Origin: an uncultured Gammaproteobacteria bacterium
Lineage (GTDB): Bacteria > Pseudomonadota > Gammaproteobacteria > Ga0077536
Assembly: GCA_938082545.1 (NCBI GenBank)
Contig: CALKCL010000014.1
Coordinates: 12,286 to 76,285 of the forward strand
Length of the DNA: 64,000 nt
Direction: 5' to 3'
In this document: piece by piece, positions 32,116 through 42,133 of the stretch
How the letters are laid out: each line of letters starts with the position of its first letter
Position numbering within the stretch: position 1 is the stretch's first letter
Program-made: the position numbers and the translations under genes
The notes under the pieces: model-generated
What the model saw: the letters and a program-made list of their open reading frames with translations, nothing else
Database searches by the model: none
Told to the model about the DNA's origin: nothing

Positions 32116-32676
32116 ATGGAGAAACAGATGAAATATAAATTTTTAAGAGTATTGCCCGTTATCTTGTTATCAATACCTCTTTGCTCTTGTGGGACTTCTT
32201 TTATGAAGAAAGACGAAAAGATCAAAACAGTAACAGTTTCGTCAGTGGTTGTGGCTGACCCTGTTGTGACCACTAAGGGTATGGGCTCTAGGGACTATCA
32301 GGCGACAGCGATAAATAGCAATGCCAGAGCATCTGATGCAGAAGTTAGTTTAGAAGAAAAAATTATTTACTTTGATTATGACAGCTCTAAGATTCCTGAG
32401 AAATTTCTTAACTTGGTTCGTTTGCATGCATCTAACCTAGTCAGTGAGCCTGGTATATCGGTTACTTTGGAGGGACACAGCGATGAGCGCGGCTCTCGAG
32501 AGTATAATTTAGCACTGGGTGAGCGGCGGGCAATGTCGGTCCGTCAACAGCTTGTTCTACTTGGCGTATCCGCAGGTCAATTAACTGTTGTTAGTTACGG
32601 CGAGGAGCGACCAGCGGATGATGGCCATAATGATGCTGCATATGGGATAAATCGCAGGGTAGAGTTAAGGTACTAA
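32116..32676 (+). CDS. pal: Peptidoglycan-associated lipoprotein Pal
   Basis: Lipobox LCSC; IYFDYD, EGHSDERGSREYNLALGERRA, SYGEERP and NRRVE motifs. Confidence 0.95.
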   Translation: MEKQMKYKFLRVLPVILLSIPLCSCGTSFMKKDEKIKTVTVSSVVVADPVVTTKGMGSRDYQATAINSNARASDAEVSLEEKIIYFDYDSSKIPEKFLNLVRLHASNLVSEPGISVTLEGHSDERGSREYNLALGERRAMSVRQQLVLLGVSAGQLTVVSYGEERPADDGHNDAAYGINRRVELRY

Positions 32677-32679
32677 ACA

Positions 32680-33507
32680 ATGCAATTGTTTGGGTGTAAC
32701 TGTGTTTGCAGGCTTATGATCTTCGCCGTTTTGTTTGCCTGTGGTATTTACGCTGCCGTTTTAAGTTCTGAGGAGATTAAGCTGCCGCGGCGTAGTCATG
32801 AGGTCGATGGCGAGATTATTGCTACATTATTGCAGCGAGTTGAAAATCTGGAAAATGAGATCAAGGTTTTGCGTGCAGAGCTTGAAGACAAGACTTTCTC
32901 CTTAGAGCGTTCTCTGAGAGAGGTTCAGCTGCACGTGTCCAATTTTTCTGACGTGATGGAGGGTGCTAAAAACATTACACCCTCGAATGTTGTAAACTCT
33001 TCTAGTACTGAGAGTTTTCCCGAGAAAATTGAGCCCGACCGTCAAATTCTTGACAAGGAGCGGCTTGTATCTTCTCAGGTTTCGGAGAAGCCATTTTTGT
33101 TGGAACAAGAGCCGATGGCTTTAGATCCAGATACTCTTTATCGGAAGGGTGCCGATTTTTTCAAAACAGGGTTCTATTTGGAGGCAATTGAAGCTTACAG
33201 CAGCTTCATAAAAGATCATCCTACACACACACGGGCGGGTGGTGCGACATATCGCTTGGGTGAAGCCTACTATGAGTTGCGATTCTTTCAAAAAGCGATA
33301 CTACAGTATGAGCGTTTGATCGAAGTCTTCCCGGAAAATGCTGTTAAACCACATGCGATGCTGAAACTAGCCTATTGTTACTATGAGATAGGAGAGCCTG
33401 AAGAGTCGCTTGCCATCCTTGAGAGAATTAAGCTGTTCTTTCCTGGGTCCAAGGCTGCTGAGCTTTCCGAGGGACGGCTAAAGAGATTAATGTTTGAATC
33501 CCCATAG
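32680..33507 (+). CDS. cpoB: Cell division coordinator CpoB (YbgF)
   Basis: Signal peptide, coiled coil, C-terminal TPRs (YRLGEAYY, AMLKLA); follows pal. Confidence 0.85.
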   Translation: MQLFGCNCVCRLMIFAVLFACGIYAAVLSSEEIKLPRRSHEVDGEIIATLLQRVENLENEIKVLRAELEDKTFSLERSLREVQLHVSNFSDVMEGAKNITPSNVVNSSSTESFPEKIEPDRQILDKERLVSSQVSEKPFLLEQEPMALDPDTLYRKGADFFKTGFYLEAIEAYSSFIKDHPTHTRAGGATYRLGEAYYELRFFQKAILQYERLIEVFPENAVKPHAMLKLAYCYYEIGEPEESLAILERIKLFFPGSKAAELSEGRLKRLMFESP

Positions 33508-33523
33508 AAGTTGAGAGAAGGTT

Positions 33524-34198
33524 CTATCGGAGCGCGTTCAGTAGATGAACTTTCTTACGCGCATCTGCCAACCTCGACCTGGTGCCTATATCGAACCACT
33601 GTCCACCATAAATTGTACCTTGTAGTAATTTCTTATTTGCTGCGGTAAAAAGCATAGGTCCTAATGGTTGACGTTCACTAGTGGGGTGAGAAAAAAATGA
33701 TGGAGGGTAAATACCAACTCCTGAATAGGTGTAAAGATTTTTATCGGCTTTCATAACCCACGGTCCATTGATACTGAAATCACCCTCCGAGCTGTATTTG
33801 GGGTTCGGCACCAAAATGAGATGAGGGTAGTTAGTGCTTGTTTTCAATTGGCTAAAGCTCATGTCAGTCCAAATATCAGCATTTATCAGTAGAAAAGGCT
33901 TTTGCCCTAGCAAAGGGAGAGCTTTAACGACACCGCCGGCAGTTTCAAGTGGAGGAGTCGGCTCTCTAGAATATGCAATGGCCAACCCATACCTCTCTCC
34001 CTGACCAATGGTTTCTTCTATCATGTCGCCTAAATAAGAAGTATTGATAACCACCTCGGAAAAGCCTGATAGTCTTAGACGCTTCAAGTGTCGCTCTAAT
34101 AGACTTTCACCGTTAATTTTTATCAAAGGTTTGGGAAGTTTCTCTGTCAAGGGCATGAGTCGTTCCCCACGGCCCGCTGCTAATATCATTGCTTTCAA
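33524..34198 (-). CDS. murU: Nucleotidyltransferase, MurU-like (MurNAc-alpha-1-P uridylyltransferase)
   Basis: KAMILAAGRGERL.PLT..PKPL, LETAGG, INADIW and WFDIGT motifs; TTG start. Confidence 0.8.
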   Translation of the reverse strand: MKAMILAAGRGERLMPLTEKLPKPLIKINGESLLERHLKRLRLSGFSEVVINTSYLGDMIEETIGQGERYGLAIAYSREPTPPLETAGGVVKALPLLGQKPFLLINADIWTDMSFSQLKTSTNYPHLILVPNPKYSSEGDFSINGPWVMKADKNLYTYSGVGIYPPSFFSHPTSERQPLGPMLFTAANKKLLQGTIYGGQWFDIGTRSRLADARKKVHLLNALR

Positions 34199-34321
34199 AG
34201 TTGTTCATCCAGAATTTGTTAATACCAGAGGCACTGTAAGGGTACCCAAAGTTCCTCTACAATGTAATCCTCTTGCCGAGAACGGCTATATGAAGCTTAT
34301 AAATATGTGTTTTGATCAGTC

Positions 34322-35278
34322 TTGTTAGTTATTGTTGCGTCTATTCTTTTTGGGTTAGTCATACTGGTTTGGGGGGCTGACAAGTTTGTAGATGGGGCAG
34401 TTTCTCTTTCTGCGGGTCTTGGTATCTCAGAGCTTCTATGTGGCATTCTGATTGTAGGTTTAGCGACCTCTGCCCCCGAGTTATTTGTGTCTGCTGGGGC
34501 TGCGCTGGAAAGTAAGCCACTTCTAGGCATTGCAAATGCTTTGGGATCGAATATCGCGAATATTGGATTGGTGCTAGGCCTCACAATAATGCTTAGCCCA
34601 AAGCTTTTAGAAGTGCCCAAAACATTGAGTAACACTGCTTTAATGGTTGTCTCTATGGTGGTGGCTTTTTTTGCACTTTACGACCTCAGATTAGCCGTGA
34701 TTGATGGAGTCCTTCTTTTATCTGTCTTGGCGTTAAGTTTAGTGTTGTCGATTCGTTTTGCGCGAGCTCATGAAATGGGCGAATCCCGATCCTCACTCCC
34801 TGATTACTCCCGTCCTGTGAATTTATATAAAGCGATTTTCGTTTTGTTTCTTGGTTTAGGAATGTTACTTGCTGGTGCGAAGATGCTTGTTTGGGGAGCC
34901 GTTGATTTAGCCAGAGTTTTAGGTGTAAGCGAGACAGTAATTGGATTAACTATAGTTGCAGTTGGAACGAGTCTTCCCGAACTCGCCGCTTCGTTGATTG
35001 GAGTTTTTAAAAGAAAATCTGATATTGCGATAGGCAATATTATTGGCTCTAATGTTTTTAATAGCTTGGCTGTTCTAGCGATGCCAGCCTTTCTCGCACC
35101 TACAGACATTTCGAAAGAGATTTTCTTCAGAGATGTTTGTTATATGCTTGGTGTAGGGTTAATGTTGTTATTAGTCGTCTTAATGAAAAGAGAAAAAGGC
35201 TATTTTTCGCGGACGTCTGGAGGAGTTATGCTGGTCAGTTTTATCTCATATCAGTTTATAGTTTATTTGAGTATTTAA
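34322..35278 (+). CDS. yrbG: Calcium/sodium antiporter (YrbG family)
   Basis: Alpha repeats ATSAPE...GSNIAN and GTSLPE...GSNVFN; lies upstream of kdsD. Confidence 0.9.
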   Translation: MLVIVASILFGLVILVWGADKFVDGAVSLSAGLGISELLCGILIVGLATSAPELFVSAGAALESKPLLGIANALGSNIANIGLVLGLTIMLSPKLLEVPKTLSNTALMVVSMVVAFFALYDLRLAVIDGVLLLSVLALSLVLSIRFARAHEMGESRSSLPDYSRPVNLYKAIFVLFLGLGMLLAGAKMLVWGAVDLARVLGVSETVIGLTIVAVGTSLPELAASLIGVFKRKSDIAIGNIIGSNVFNSLAVLAMPAFLAPTDISKEIFFRDVCYMLGVGLMLLLVVLMKREKGYFSRTSGGVMLVSFISYQFIVYLSI

Positions 35279-35318
35279 TGCCAAGGGATACTATGGCATC
35301 TTCGCGAAGGTATAGATA

Positions 35319-36323
35319 ATGAATCGAGAAAAAATGAGTGAGCCAAAAAAAATTAGTCGGTCTGACTTGAAGAAAATGTGTGAAAAAGTTTTGGAGATAG
35401 AAGCTCGTGTTTTGACTTCTATCTCAAGAGGGCTAGACGATTCATTCGCTGTTGCTATAGAGCATTTACTCGCCTGCACCGGCCGTGTAGTTGTTCTCGG
35501 CGTAGGGAAATCAGGGCATATTGGTGGTAAAATTGCGGCCACCCTTGCTAGTACAGGAACTCCTGCATTTTTTGTACATGCTGGCGAAGCCAGTCATGGT
35601 GATATGGGTATGATCGTTTCTGCTGATTTAGTTGTGGCAATTTCTAATTCTGGGGAAACCTCCGAGCTGACAGTCTTACTGCCAATGATTAAGCGACTCG
35701 GCGTGAAAATTATCAGTATGACTGGCAGTGAATCTTCTTCATTAGCGAAAGCGTCGACTGTTCATTTACATGTGAAAGTATCAGAGGAAGCTTGTCCGCT
35801 TGGGCTCGCGCCAACCTCGAGTACTACAGCAGCCTTAGCAATTGGAGACGCGCTTGCTGTGACGCTTTTACAAGCTCGCGGTTTCACTGAATCTGATTTT
35901 GCTAAAGCCCACCCTGGAGGTGCTTTAGGACGACGACTCCTTATAAAGGTAGAGGATATTATGCATTCGGGCGCCCAAATGCCGGTTGTTATGAGCGGGG
36001 TCTTCGTTAGCGAAGTGCTTAGAGAAATTAGTAGAGCAGGATTGGGAGTGGCGGCCGTTTTATCGGCATCGGGGAATATTGTTGGAGTTTTTACAGACGG
36101 GGATTTGAGGCGCATGTTAGATGCTGGACACGATTTACGGATCGCGCCCGTTGAAAACTTCATGACAAAGGATTGCAAAATGGTTGCCGCAGATATTCTG
36201 GCTGCAGAGGCCCTCAATATAATGCAGGATAAAAAAATCAATGCTCTTTTAGTAATTGATTCCCAAGGAGAGCTAGCCGGCATCTTGAACATGCATGATT
36301 TATTATTAGCAAAAGTATTCTGA
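35319..36323 (+). CDS. kdsD: Arabinose-5-phosphate isomerase
   Basis: GVGKSGHIG, EASHGDMG, EACPLGLAPTSST and HPGGALG motifs, plus a CBS pair. Confidence 0.95.
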   Translation: MNREKMSEPKKISRSDLKKMCEKVLEIEARVLTSISRGLDDSFAVAIEHLLACTGRVVVLGVGKSGHIGGKIAATLASTGTPAFFVHAGEASHGDMGMIVSADLVVAISNSGETSELTVLLPMIKRLGVKIISMTGSESSSLAKASTVHLHVKVSEEACPLGLAPTSSTTAALAIGDALAVTLLQARGFTESDFAKAHPGGALGRRLLIKVEDIMHSGAQMPVVMSGVFVSEVLREISRAGLGVAAVLSASGNIVGVFTDGDLRRMLDAGHDLRIAPVENFMTKDCKMVAADILAAEALNIMQDKKINALLVIDSQGELAGILNMHDLLLAKVF

Positions 36324-36324
36324 A

Positions 36325-36912
36325 ATGCCTGACATTATAAAAGCTTGGGGATTCCCTCTTTTTGCCAGTTTTGCTGCCATTGCTAGTTTTTGGTTACTGT
36401 TGGATTCAGATAATGATGTTTCTTATGAGACGAAAGAAGACTTTCGAGCGCCGGACTATTCTTTCGAAGAAATGAATCGGAGAACCGGAAGCGAGCTTGG
36501 GGGATTGAAAAATGTACTTGATGCCGATTTGGTGGAACACTTTCCTAAAGATGACTCTATGGAGTTGGTCCGGCCTTATTTGAAAATTTATAACGATTCT
36601 GCTGAGCCATGGCATATTAAGTCTGAAACAGGCTGGGTGAGCTCAGGAAACGAGGTAATTCTTCTACATGGTGAAGTAGAAATATGGAAAAATGGGAAGA
36701 ATAGGGAGCGCATCTTACAGGCACTTACAACTGAGCTTCGTATTTTACCCAACCAAGAGTACGCTGAAACTGATAATACAGCGATTATCATCGGTCCCTC
36801 TTCCGTAACTCATGCTTTAGGCTTCAGGGCTAATTTTTCTCTCAACCATCTGGAATTGATTGAGCGCGTAAGGACCAAATATAGCAAAAAAAGTTTGAGG
36901 GTCAAATTGTGA
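36325..36912 (+). CDS. lptC: LPS export protein LptC
   Basis: Single N-terminal TM, PDY, W.I.SETG, and TTEL.I.P..EYAETD jellyroll pattern; synteny. Confidence 0.88.
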   Translation: MPDIIKAWGFPLFASFAAIASFWLLLDSDNDVSYETKEDFRAPDYSFEEMNRRTGSELGGLKNVLDADLVEHFPKDDSMELVRPYLKIYNDSAEPWHIKSETGWVSSGNEVILLHGEVEIWKNGKNRERILQALTTELRILPNQEYAETDNTAIIIGPSSVTHALGFRANFSLNHLELIERVRTKYSKKSLRVKL

Positions 36913-37484
36913 CTATTACCTGGTTTTTTAGGATTAAGTATTCCGCTTTGGCAAGTTTATTTTGCCTCGTGCTATTCAGCCATGCTTATGGGTTATCAAG
37001 TGACTTTGAGCAACCGATTGAGATCGAGGCAGATTTTGCAGAACTCGATGACGAGAAAGGAGTTACTGTGTACATTGGTGAGGTCATCGTTGTGCAGGGG
37101 TCTATAGTAATGACAGGTGACCGTTTGACTGCACGTTTCACATCAGAACGAGAGCTAGAAGATGCAGTATTGGAGGGACGGCTTGCAACGTTTAAACAGA
37201 CTCCCGATTTGGGAGGGCTGGATATAGAAGGGGAGGCTGAGATAGTAGAAATGCATGCATTTGAAAATATTTTTTATTTAACGGGGAAAGCCAAGGTCAC
37301 CCAAGGAAAAAGATTAACGCAGGGGCATCGCATTAGTTATGATACTGAGAGAAGCCTTGCTACGGTAAGAGCTTCAAAGGGTAACGGTCGTGGAGGAAAG
37401 TTGGATCCTAGAGAAGGCGGGCGAGTGAGAATAATTATTCCTCCTAAAGAGAGCGTCAAGTCTTCTTTGTTAGAAAAGGACTAA
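36909..37484 (+). CDS. lptA: LPS transport periplasmic protein LptA
   Basis: Signal peptide, LSSD..QPIEIEAD, QGS and GRVRIIIPP motifs. Confidence 0.92.
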   Translation: MTITWFFRIKYSALASLFCLVLFSHAYGLSSDFEQPIEIEADFAELDDEKGVTVYIGEVIVVQGSIVMTGDRLTARFTSERELEDAVLEGRLATFKQTPDLGGLDIEGEAEIVEMHAFENIFYLTGKAKVTQGKRLTQGHRISYDTERSLATVRASKGNGRGGKLDPREGGRVRIIIPPKESVKSSLLEKD

Positions 37485-37561
37485 GTAAAGAGATGTGTTG
37501 GATATATTCTTTTCAGGCTCGTATTTGTTGTGTTAGTCATTGTCACCGGAGTAGCTAATAG

Positions 37562-38290
37562 ATGAGTGTGCTCGCAGTTAAAAAGTTATCCAAGACATTT
37601 AAATCCAGAATGGTTGTGAAAGACGTAACCTTAGATTTAGAAAGCGGTGAAGTAGTTGGATTGTTGGGCCCCAATGGTGCTGGAAAAACAACCAGTTTCT
37701 ATATGATAGTTGGATTAATAAAAAGCGATTATGGGTCAATCATGCTTGACCAAGAAGAGATAAGCTTCTTATCTATGGACGCTCGTGCTCGGAAAGGTAT
37801 TGGATACCTTCCGCAAGAAGCATCTGTGTTCAGAAAATTAACGGTTGAAGATAATATAATGGGAGTTTTGGAGATCAGAAAAAACCTGTCTTTAGAGCAG
37901 AGAAGAAAGAAGCTCGAGTCCTTGCTAAAAGAGTTCCATATTGATCACATTCGTAATAGTGTTGGAATGTCCCTTTCCGGAGGGGAGCGCAGACGGGTAG
38001 AAATCGCGAGAGCGTTAGCAAGTGAGCCACGTTTTATTTTGCTCGATGAGCCCTTTGCGGGAGTTGATCCGATTTCTGTTGGAGATATACAACAGATAGT
38101 GTCGCACCTAAGGGGTTTGGGGATAGGAGTGTTGATTACTGACCATAACGTTCAGGAGACGCTAAAAATTTGCGATCGTGCATATATTGTAAATGAAGGA
38201 ACGATAATAGCCTCAGGAAAACCTGAGAAGATTCTAGAAAATAAAATGGTTCGTCAAGTATATTTGGGAGAACATTTCTCGATTACTTAA
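37562..38290 (+). CDS. lptB: LPS export ABC ATPase LptB
   Basis: [36 protein letters not shown] and YLGEHF motifs. Confidence 0.97.
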   Translation: MSVLAVKKLSKTFKSRMVVKDVTLDLESGEVVGLLGPNGAGKTTSFYMIVGLIKSDYGSIMLDQEEISFLSMDARARKGIGYLPQEASVFRKLTVEDNIMGVLEIRKNLSLEQRRKKLESLLKEFHIDHIRNSVGMSLSGGERRRVEIARALASEPRFILLDEPFAGVDPISVGDIQQIVSHLRGLGIGVLITDHNVQETLKICDRAYIVNEGTIIASGKPEKILENKMVRQVYLGEHFSIT

Positions 38291-38365
38291 TGAGTTAATT
38301 TGCTTTATTGTTTGTTGACTTCCTAAATCAGGTTTCACTTACCTGCTAAAAATATTAATTTTATT

Positions 38366-39766
38366 ATGAAATCATCACTGCAATTAAAAATTGGACAAAG
38401 TCTTACTATGACGCCGCAGTTGCAGCAGGCGATACGGTTGCTCCAGCTTTCTGCCAGTGAATTACATCAAGAAATACAAGACTGTATAGAGACGAACATA
38501 ATGCTAGAGCTTGTCGAAGATGAGTTTCCCAATGTCACCGCCAGCAACCAGATACACGACGAGGGTCAGCTTAAACAGCAAGTTGTCTCTGAAACGCGTA
38601 CTCAGAATTCAGACTGGCAAGAGCCTGCTTATGAAGGTCACTCAACGGATCTAGATCAGATTCCTGAAACGGAGACACTCTCTTTACGAGCACATTTGTT
38701 GTGGCAATTAAATTTACTGCCCATTAGTGAATCTGATGTAGTCATTGGCGTTGCTATCATAGATGCAATAGATTCAAATGGCAGATTAGGTGCAAGCGCT
38801 AAAGAGATCCAGGCTTCCTTAAAAAAGCCCGGCCAAGAGGTGCCACACGAGGATGAGATTTCTTCAGTTCTGAAAGTCGTACAGACATTCGAACCAACAG
38901 GCGTAGCTGCTAGAACACTTTCTGAGTGCCTATTGATTCAACTCCGCGAACTTTCTTCAGAAGTTCCTTTTTTGGAAGTTACAAAAACATGTGTCAGAGA
39001 TTTTTTGGAGATGGTCGCAGGACGAGAGTACCAGAAAGCATCTAGAAGTTTAGGAGTCTCGCCTGATGACTTTCAGAAAGTTCTGGAGTTAATTAGATCA
39101 CTAAATCCCAGGCCGGGTAGTGAATACGGAACAGATAAGATTGATTACGTGATCCCTGATGTTTTTGTGTCCTGTGAGAAAGGCCGATGGATCGTTGAGC
39201 TTAATGAGCAAGTTGTACCTAAGCTTAGAGTTAATAAATCTTATTCTAATGTGCTGCAAGGAGAAAGAGGTAGTGCTGTAGAAAAAACCTTGAGGAGACA
39301 TTTGCAAGAAGCTCGTTTTCTAATAAAAAGCTTAGCAAGTAGAAATGATACGCTACTAGCTGCGGCAACAGCAATAGTCGAGCGACAGAAAGGGTTTTTG
39401 GCTTTTGGAGATCAAGCAATGAAGCCGCTTGTAATGCATGAAATTGCTGAAGTGATTAGTATGCATGAGTCGACAGTATCCCGAGTCACTTCACATAAAT
39501 ATATGCATACTCCTCGAGGTGTTTTTGAATTGAAGTATTTCTTTTCAAGTCAGTTGAGCAGTGATCTGGGCATAGTATCCTCCGTGGCAATTCGCGCGGT
39601 AATTAAAAAATTAGTAGCTGCTGAAAACAAATTAAAGCCTTTAAGTGATAACAAATTATCCGAAGCTTTGTCCTCTCATGGGATACAAGTTGCTCGACGA
39701 ACCGTAGCTAAGTATAGAGAGCTTCTTTCGATACCAGCTTCGTCGGAGAGACGAAAGTTTAATTAA
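38366..39766 (+). CDS. rpoN: RNA polymerase sigma-54 factor
   Basis: Region I MTPQLQQAIRLLQL, MHESTVSR, and RpoN box ARRTVAKYRE. Confidence 0.97.
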   Translation: MKSSLQLKIGQSLTMTPQLQQAIRLLQLSASELHQEIQDCIETNIMLELVEDEFPNVTASNQIHDEGQLKQQVVSETRTQNSDWQEPAYEGHSTDLDQIPETETLSLRAHLLWQLNLLPISESDVVIGVAIIDAIDSNGRLGASAKEIQASLKKPGQEVPHEDEISSVLKVVQTFEPTGVAARTLSECLLIQLRELSSEVPFLEVTKTCVRDFLEMVAGREYQKASRSLGVSPDDFQKVLELIRSLNPRPGSEYGTDKIDYVIPDVFVSCEKGRWIVELNEQVVPKLRVNKSYSNVLQGERGSAVEKTLRRHLQEARFLIKSLASRNDTLLAAATAIVERQKGFLAFGDQAMKPLVMHEIAEVISMHESTVSRVTSHKYMHTPRGVFELKYFFSSQLSSDLGIVSSVAIRAVIKKLVAAENKLKPLSDNKLSEALSSHGIQVARRTVAKYRELLSIPASSERRKFN

Positions 39767-39814
39767 CGAGACGAATGTCTTTGCAACGATCAAGGTACCG
39801 GAGGAAAAAATCTT

Positions 39815-40060
39815 GTGCAAGGTTTGCATGTGTCTCCTCTAGTTGACGGATTTATAGACGAGCCGCTGGATTCTAAAAAACTATATCAGGAGAGTAATTA
39901 AGCATTTACGAGAACAGAAGTGCTGCTCGGCTTACGTTTATAGGGATCACTACTATGCAGAGGCTAAGAATTAGACCTCTAGACTTTGGGTGGGCACCTC
40001 TGATGCTCAAATTAATGGAAAGGCTTTCTTTTTTCGCAGCGTTTATTCGAATATATAAGC
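39815..40060 (+). pseudogene. Possible decayed hpf (ribosome hibernation factor) relic
   Basis: GGAGG (39800) then GTG 39815. Stop- and frameshift-broken fragments (GLHVSP..FIDE, FTRTEVLL, HYYAEA, INGKAFF) are loosely reminiscent of Hpf and sit at its usual locus after rpoN. Resemblance judged by eye only. Confidence 0.2.
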
Positions 40061-40322
40061 CGACTAATACTGACACTTCCGATAATATGCTGGTAGATTC
40101 ATCTTTGTAGTCAAAATTGTTTGGAAAACTCCAGAAAAAGCGCGAGTATAGTACAAGCATTTGGTGGAGAGGTAATCAAGTTCTAAAGAGTGGTTATTCC
40201 TTTCATGGCCATAGTAGTGTTTTGCACTACTGATAGATAATAAAAGCTTATAACTACTTTAGTGTTATAAACATAAACACGTGCGAAAGCATAGATGGCC
40301 TCAATTTTAGGTAATAATCTTC

Positions 40323-41672
40323 GTGTCTAAAAATAATCGTAATCAAGAGCTGCTGAGAGATATCCAAATATTGCTGGAATCCAATGAGATTCAAGGATTA
40401 AGAGATCTGTTGGTCACTATTCATCCCTCTGAAATAGCTGATGTCCTCGAATCCTCCGCAAAGGCCGATCGTCATCAAATATGGGCATATATTGATCCAA
40501 ATGTTGAGGGTGAGATACTTTCATACGCTAATACATCAGTTAGGAACAGCCTTGTTCAGCAAATGGAGCCTGCTGAGGTTGCTAGCGCAACCAATTTCCT
40601 CGATTCTGATGATGTGGCAGATATTCTGCAAGATCTCCCAGAAGATATGGCAGATGAAATTTTGTTGTCCATGGATGACCAGAATCGTCAGAGAGTAAGC
40701 GTCGTGCTCAACTTCCCTCCTGATACGGCAGGTGGTTTGATGAACATTGACACTGTTACTGTTAGGTCTGACGTTGATGCGGATGTAGTCCTGAGATATA
40801 TGCGCAGGCTTAAAGAAATGCCTGATAATTTTGATCAGCTTTTTGTGGTGGATCGTAGAGATGTGTTTTTGGGTGTCCTTCCATTGACTACTCTTGTCCT
40901 AGCTCAACCACACGCAAAAGTAAAAGATATCATGGCGATAGATCAACCAGTTATTTGGGCTGATAGTGATATCAGTGAAGTCGTGACTATTTTTGAACAG
41001 CGAGATCTGATTTCGTCTCCTGTGACTGATAGAAGTGGTAAATTATTAGGCCGGATTACCATTGATGATGTGGTTGATGTTATCAGAGAGCAGAGCGATC
41101 ACTCCCTCATGCTGGCTGCGGGTTTAGACGACGAGGCAGATGTTTTTGCTCCGATCCTGACCACAACGCGGCAGCGATCTCTTTGGTTAGCGGTTAATCT
41201 TGGCACTGCCTTATCCGCTGCCTGGGTAATAGGCCTTTTTGAGGCGACGATTAAAGAGTTAGTTGCCTTAGCCGTTTTAATGCCAATTGTTGCAAGCATG
41301 GGTGGAATTGCTGGAAATCAAAGCTTAACCATTGTGTTGAGAGGGTTAGTTTTGGGCCATGTGGGTGACACTAATGCCCGAGCAGTGATTTGGCATGAAG
41401 TTGGGGTAGGGCTTTTAAATGGCTTTATTTGGGCGATTGTTGTCGCTGTTATAGCAGCGCTATGGTTTGACAACTTTGGCTTGGGAGTAGTGATAGGATG
41501 TGCCATGATTCTGAACCTGGTGACCGCTGGGCTTTTTGGAGCATCTATACCCTTATTGCTTAAAAAAATAAATATAGATCCAGCCTTAGCAGGAGGGGTA
41601 GTCCTGACGACTGTGACAGACATTGTTGGCTTTTTGGCTTTCTTAGGACTCGCGTCGCGATTTCTGGTGTAG
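40323..41672 (+). CDS. mgtE: Magnesium transporter MgtE
   Basis: HPSEIAD, TAGGLM, CBS pair, GRITIDD, MPIVASMGG.AG.Q and DPALAGGV.LTTVTD motifs; GTG start. Confidence 0.96.
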   Translation: MSKNNRNQELLRDIQILLESNEIQGLRDLLVTIHPSEIADVLESSAKADRHQIWAYIDPNVEGEILSYANTSVRNSLVQQMEPAEVASATNFLDSDDVADILQDLPEDMADEILLSMDDQNRQRVSVVLNFPPDTAGGLMNIDTVTVRSDVDADVVLRYMRRLKEMPDNFDQLFVVDRRDVFLGVLPLTTLVLAQPHAKVKDIMAIDQPVIWADSDISEVVTIFEQRDLISSPVTDRSGKLLGRITIDDVVDVIREQSDHSLMLAAGLDDEADVFAPILTTTRQRSLWLAVNLGTALSAAWVIGLFEATIKELVALAVLMPIVASMGGIAGNQSLTIVLRGLVLGHVGDTNARAVIWHEVGVGLLNGFIWAIVVAVIAALWFDNFGLGVVIGCAMILNLVTAGLFGASIPLLLKKINIDPALAGGVVLTTVTDIVGFLAFLGLASRFLV

Positions 41673-41888
41673 AGAGAATAAAACTAGGAATATAGTATTT
41701 ATGTGTTAATATGTTTGATGCAGACGTTATGTTGTAAAAATGAGACAACAGCGTCGGCTAAAGTTAATAATGTTTCATTTATGGAAAGAAGCAGGGAGCT
41801 TTTGCAACGACTGGGTTGTTGTTAATCTATAATGTGAATAGAAGCCAAATATAAGGCAAAAATTTAAAGTTCGTGGGAGACCTACAAA

Positions 41889-42119
41889 ATGTACAAAATT
41901 TCAAAGTTGTCAGCAGTTCTTATAGTCGGTTTGCTCTTAGGAGGCTGTGCTAACAGCGACCTAAAGCCTGCTGATATTCTATGCCCACTTCTTGGCGGGA
42001 CATTAGGCGCTGGTGTGGTCGCTGGTGGTCTCGATGGGGACGATAAGGGTGCGATGATGCTTGGAGCGGCAGTAGGTGCTGGTTTAGGTCATTTTCTATG
42101 CACTGCAGGTGACGAATAA
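41889..42119 (+). CDS. Small lipoprotein with glycine-zipper hairpin
   Basis: GGGAG RBS, lipobox LGGC, two GxxxG-rich hydrophobic segments, and its own terminator. Confidence 0.75.
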   Translation: MYKISKLSAVLIVGLLLGGCANSDLKPADILCPLLGGTLGAGVVAGGLDGDDKGAMMLGAAVGAGLGHFLCTAGDE

Positions 42120-42133
42120 AATCATTCAAGTTT

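Noticed and set aside
39906..40160. 84-aa minus-strand ORF in the rpoN-mgtE gap
   Set aside because: No recognisable motif or RBS; likely a chance ORF, although it cannot be excluded without a search.
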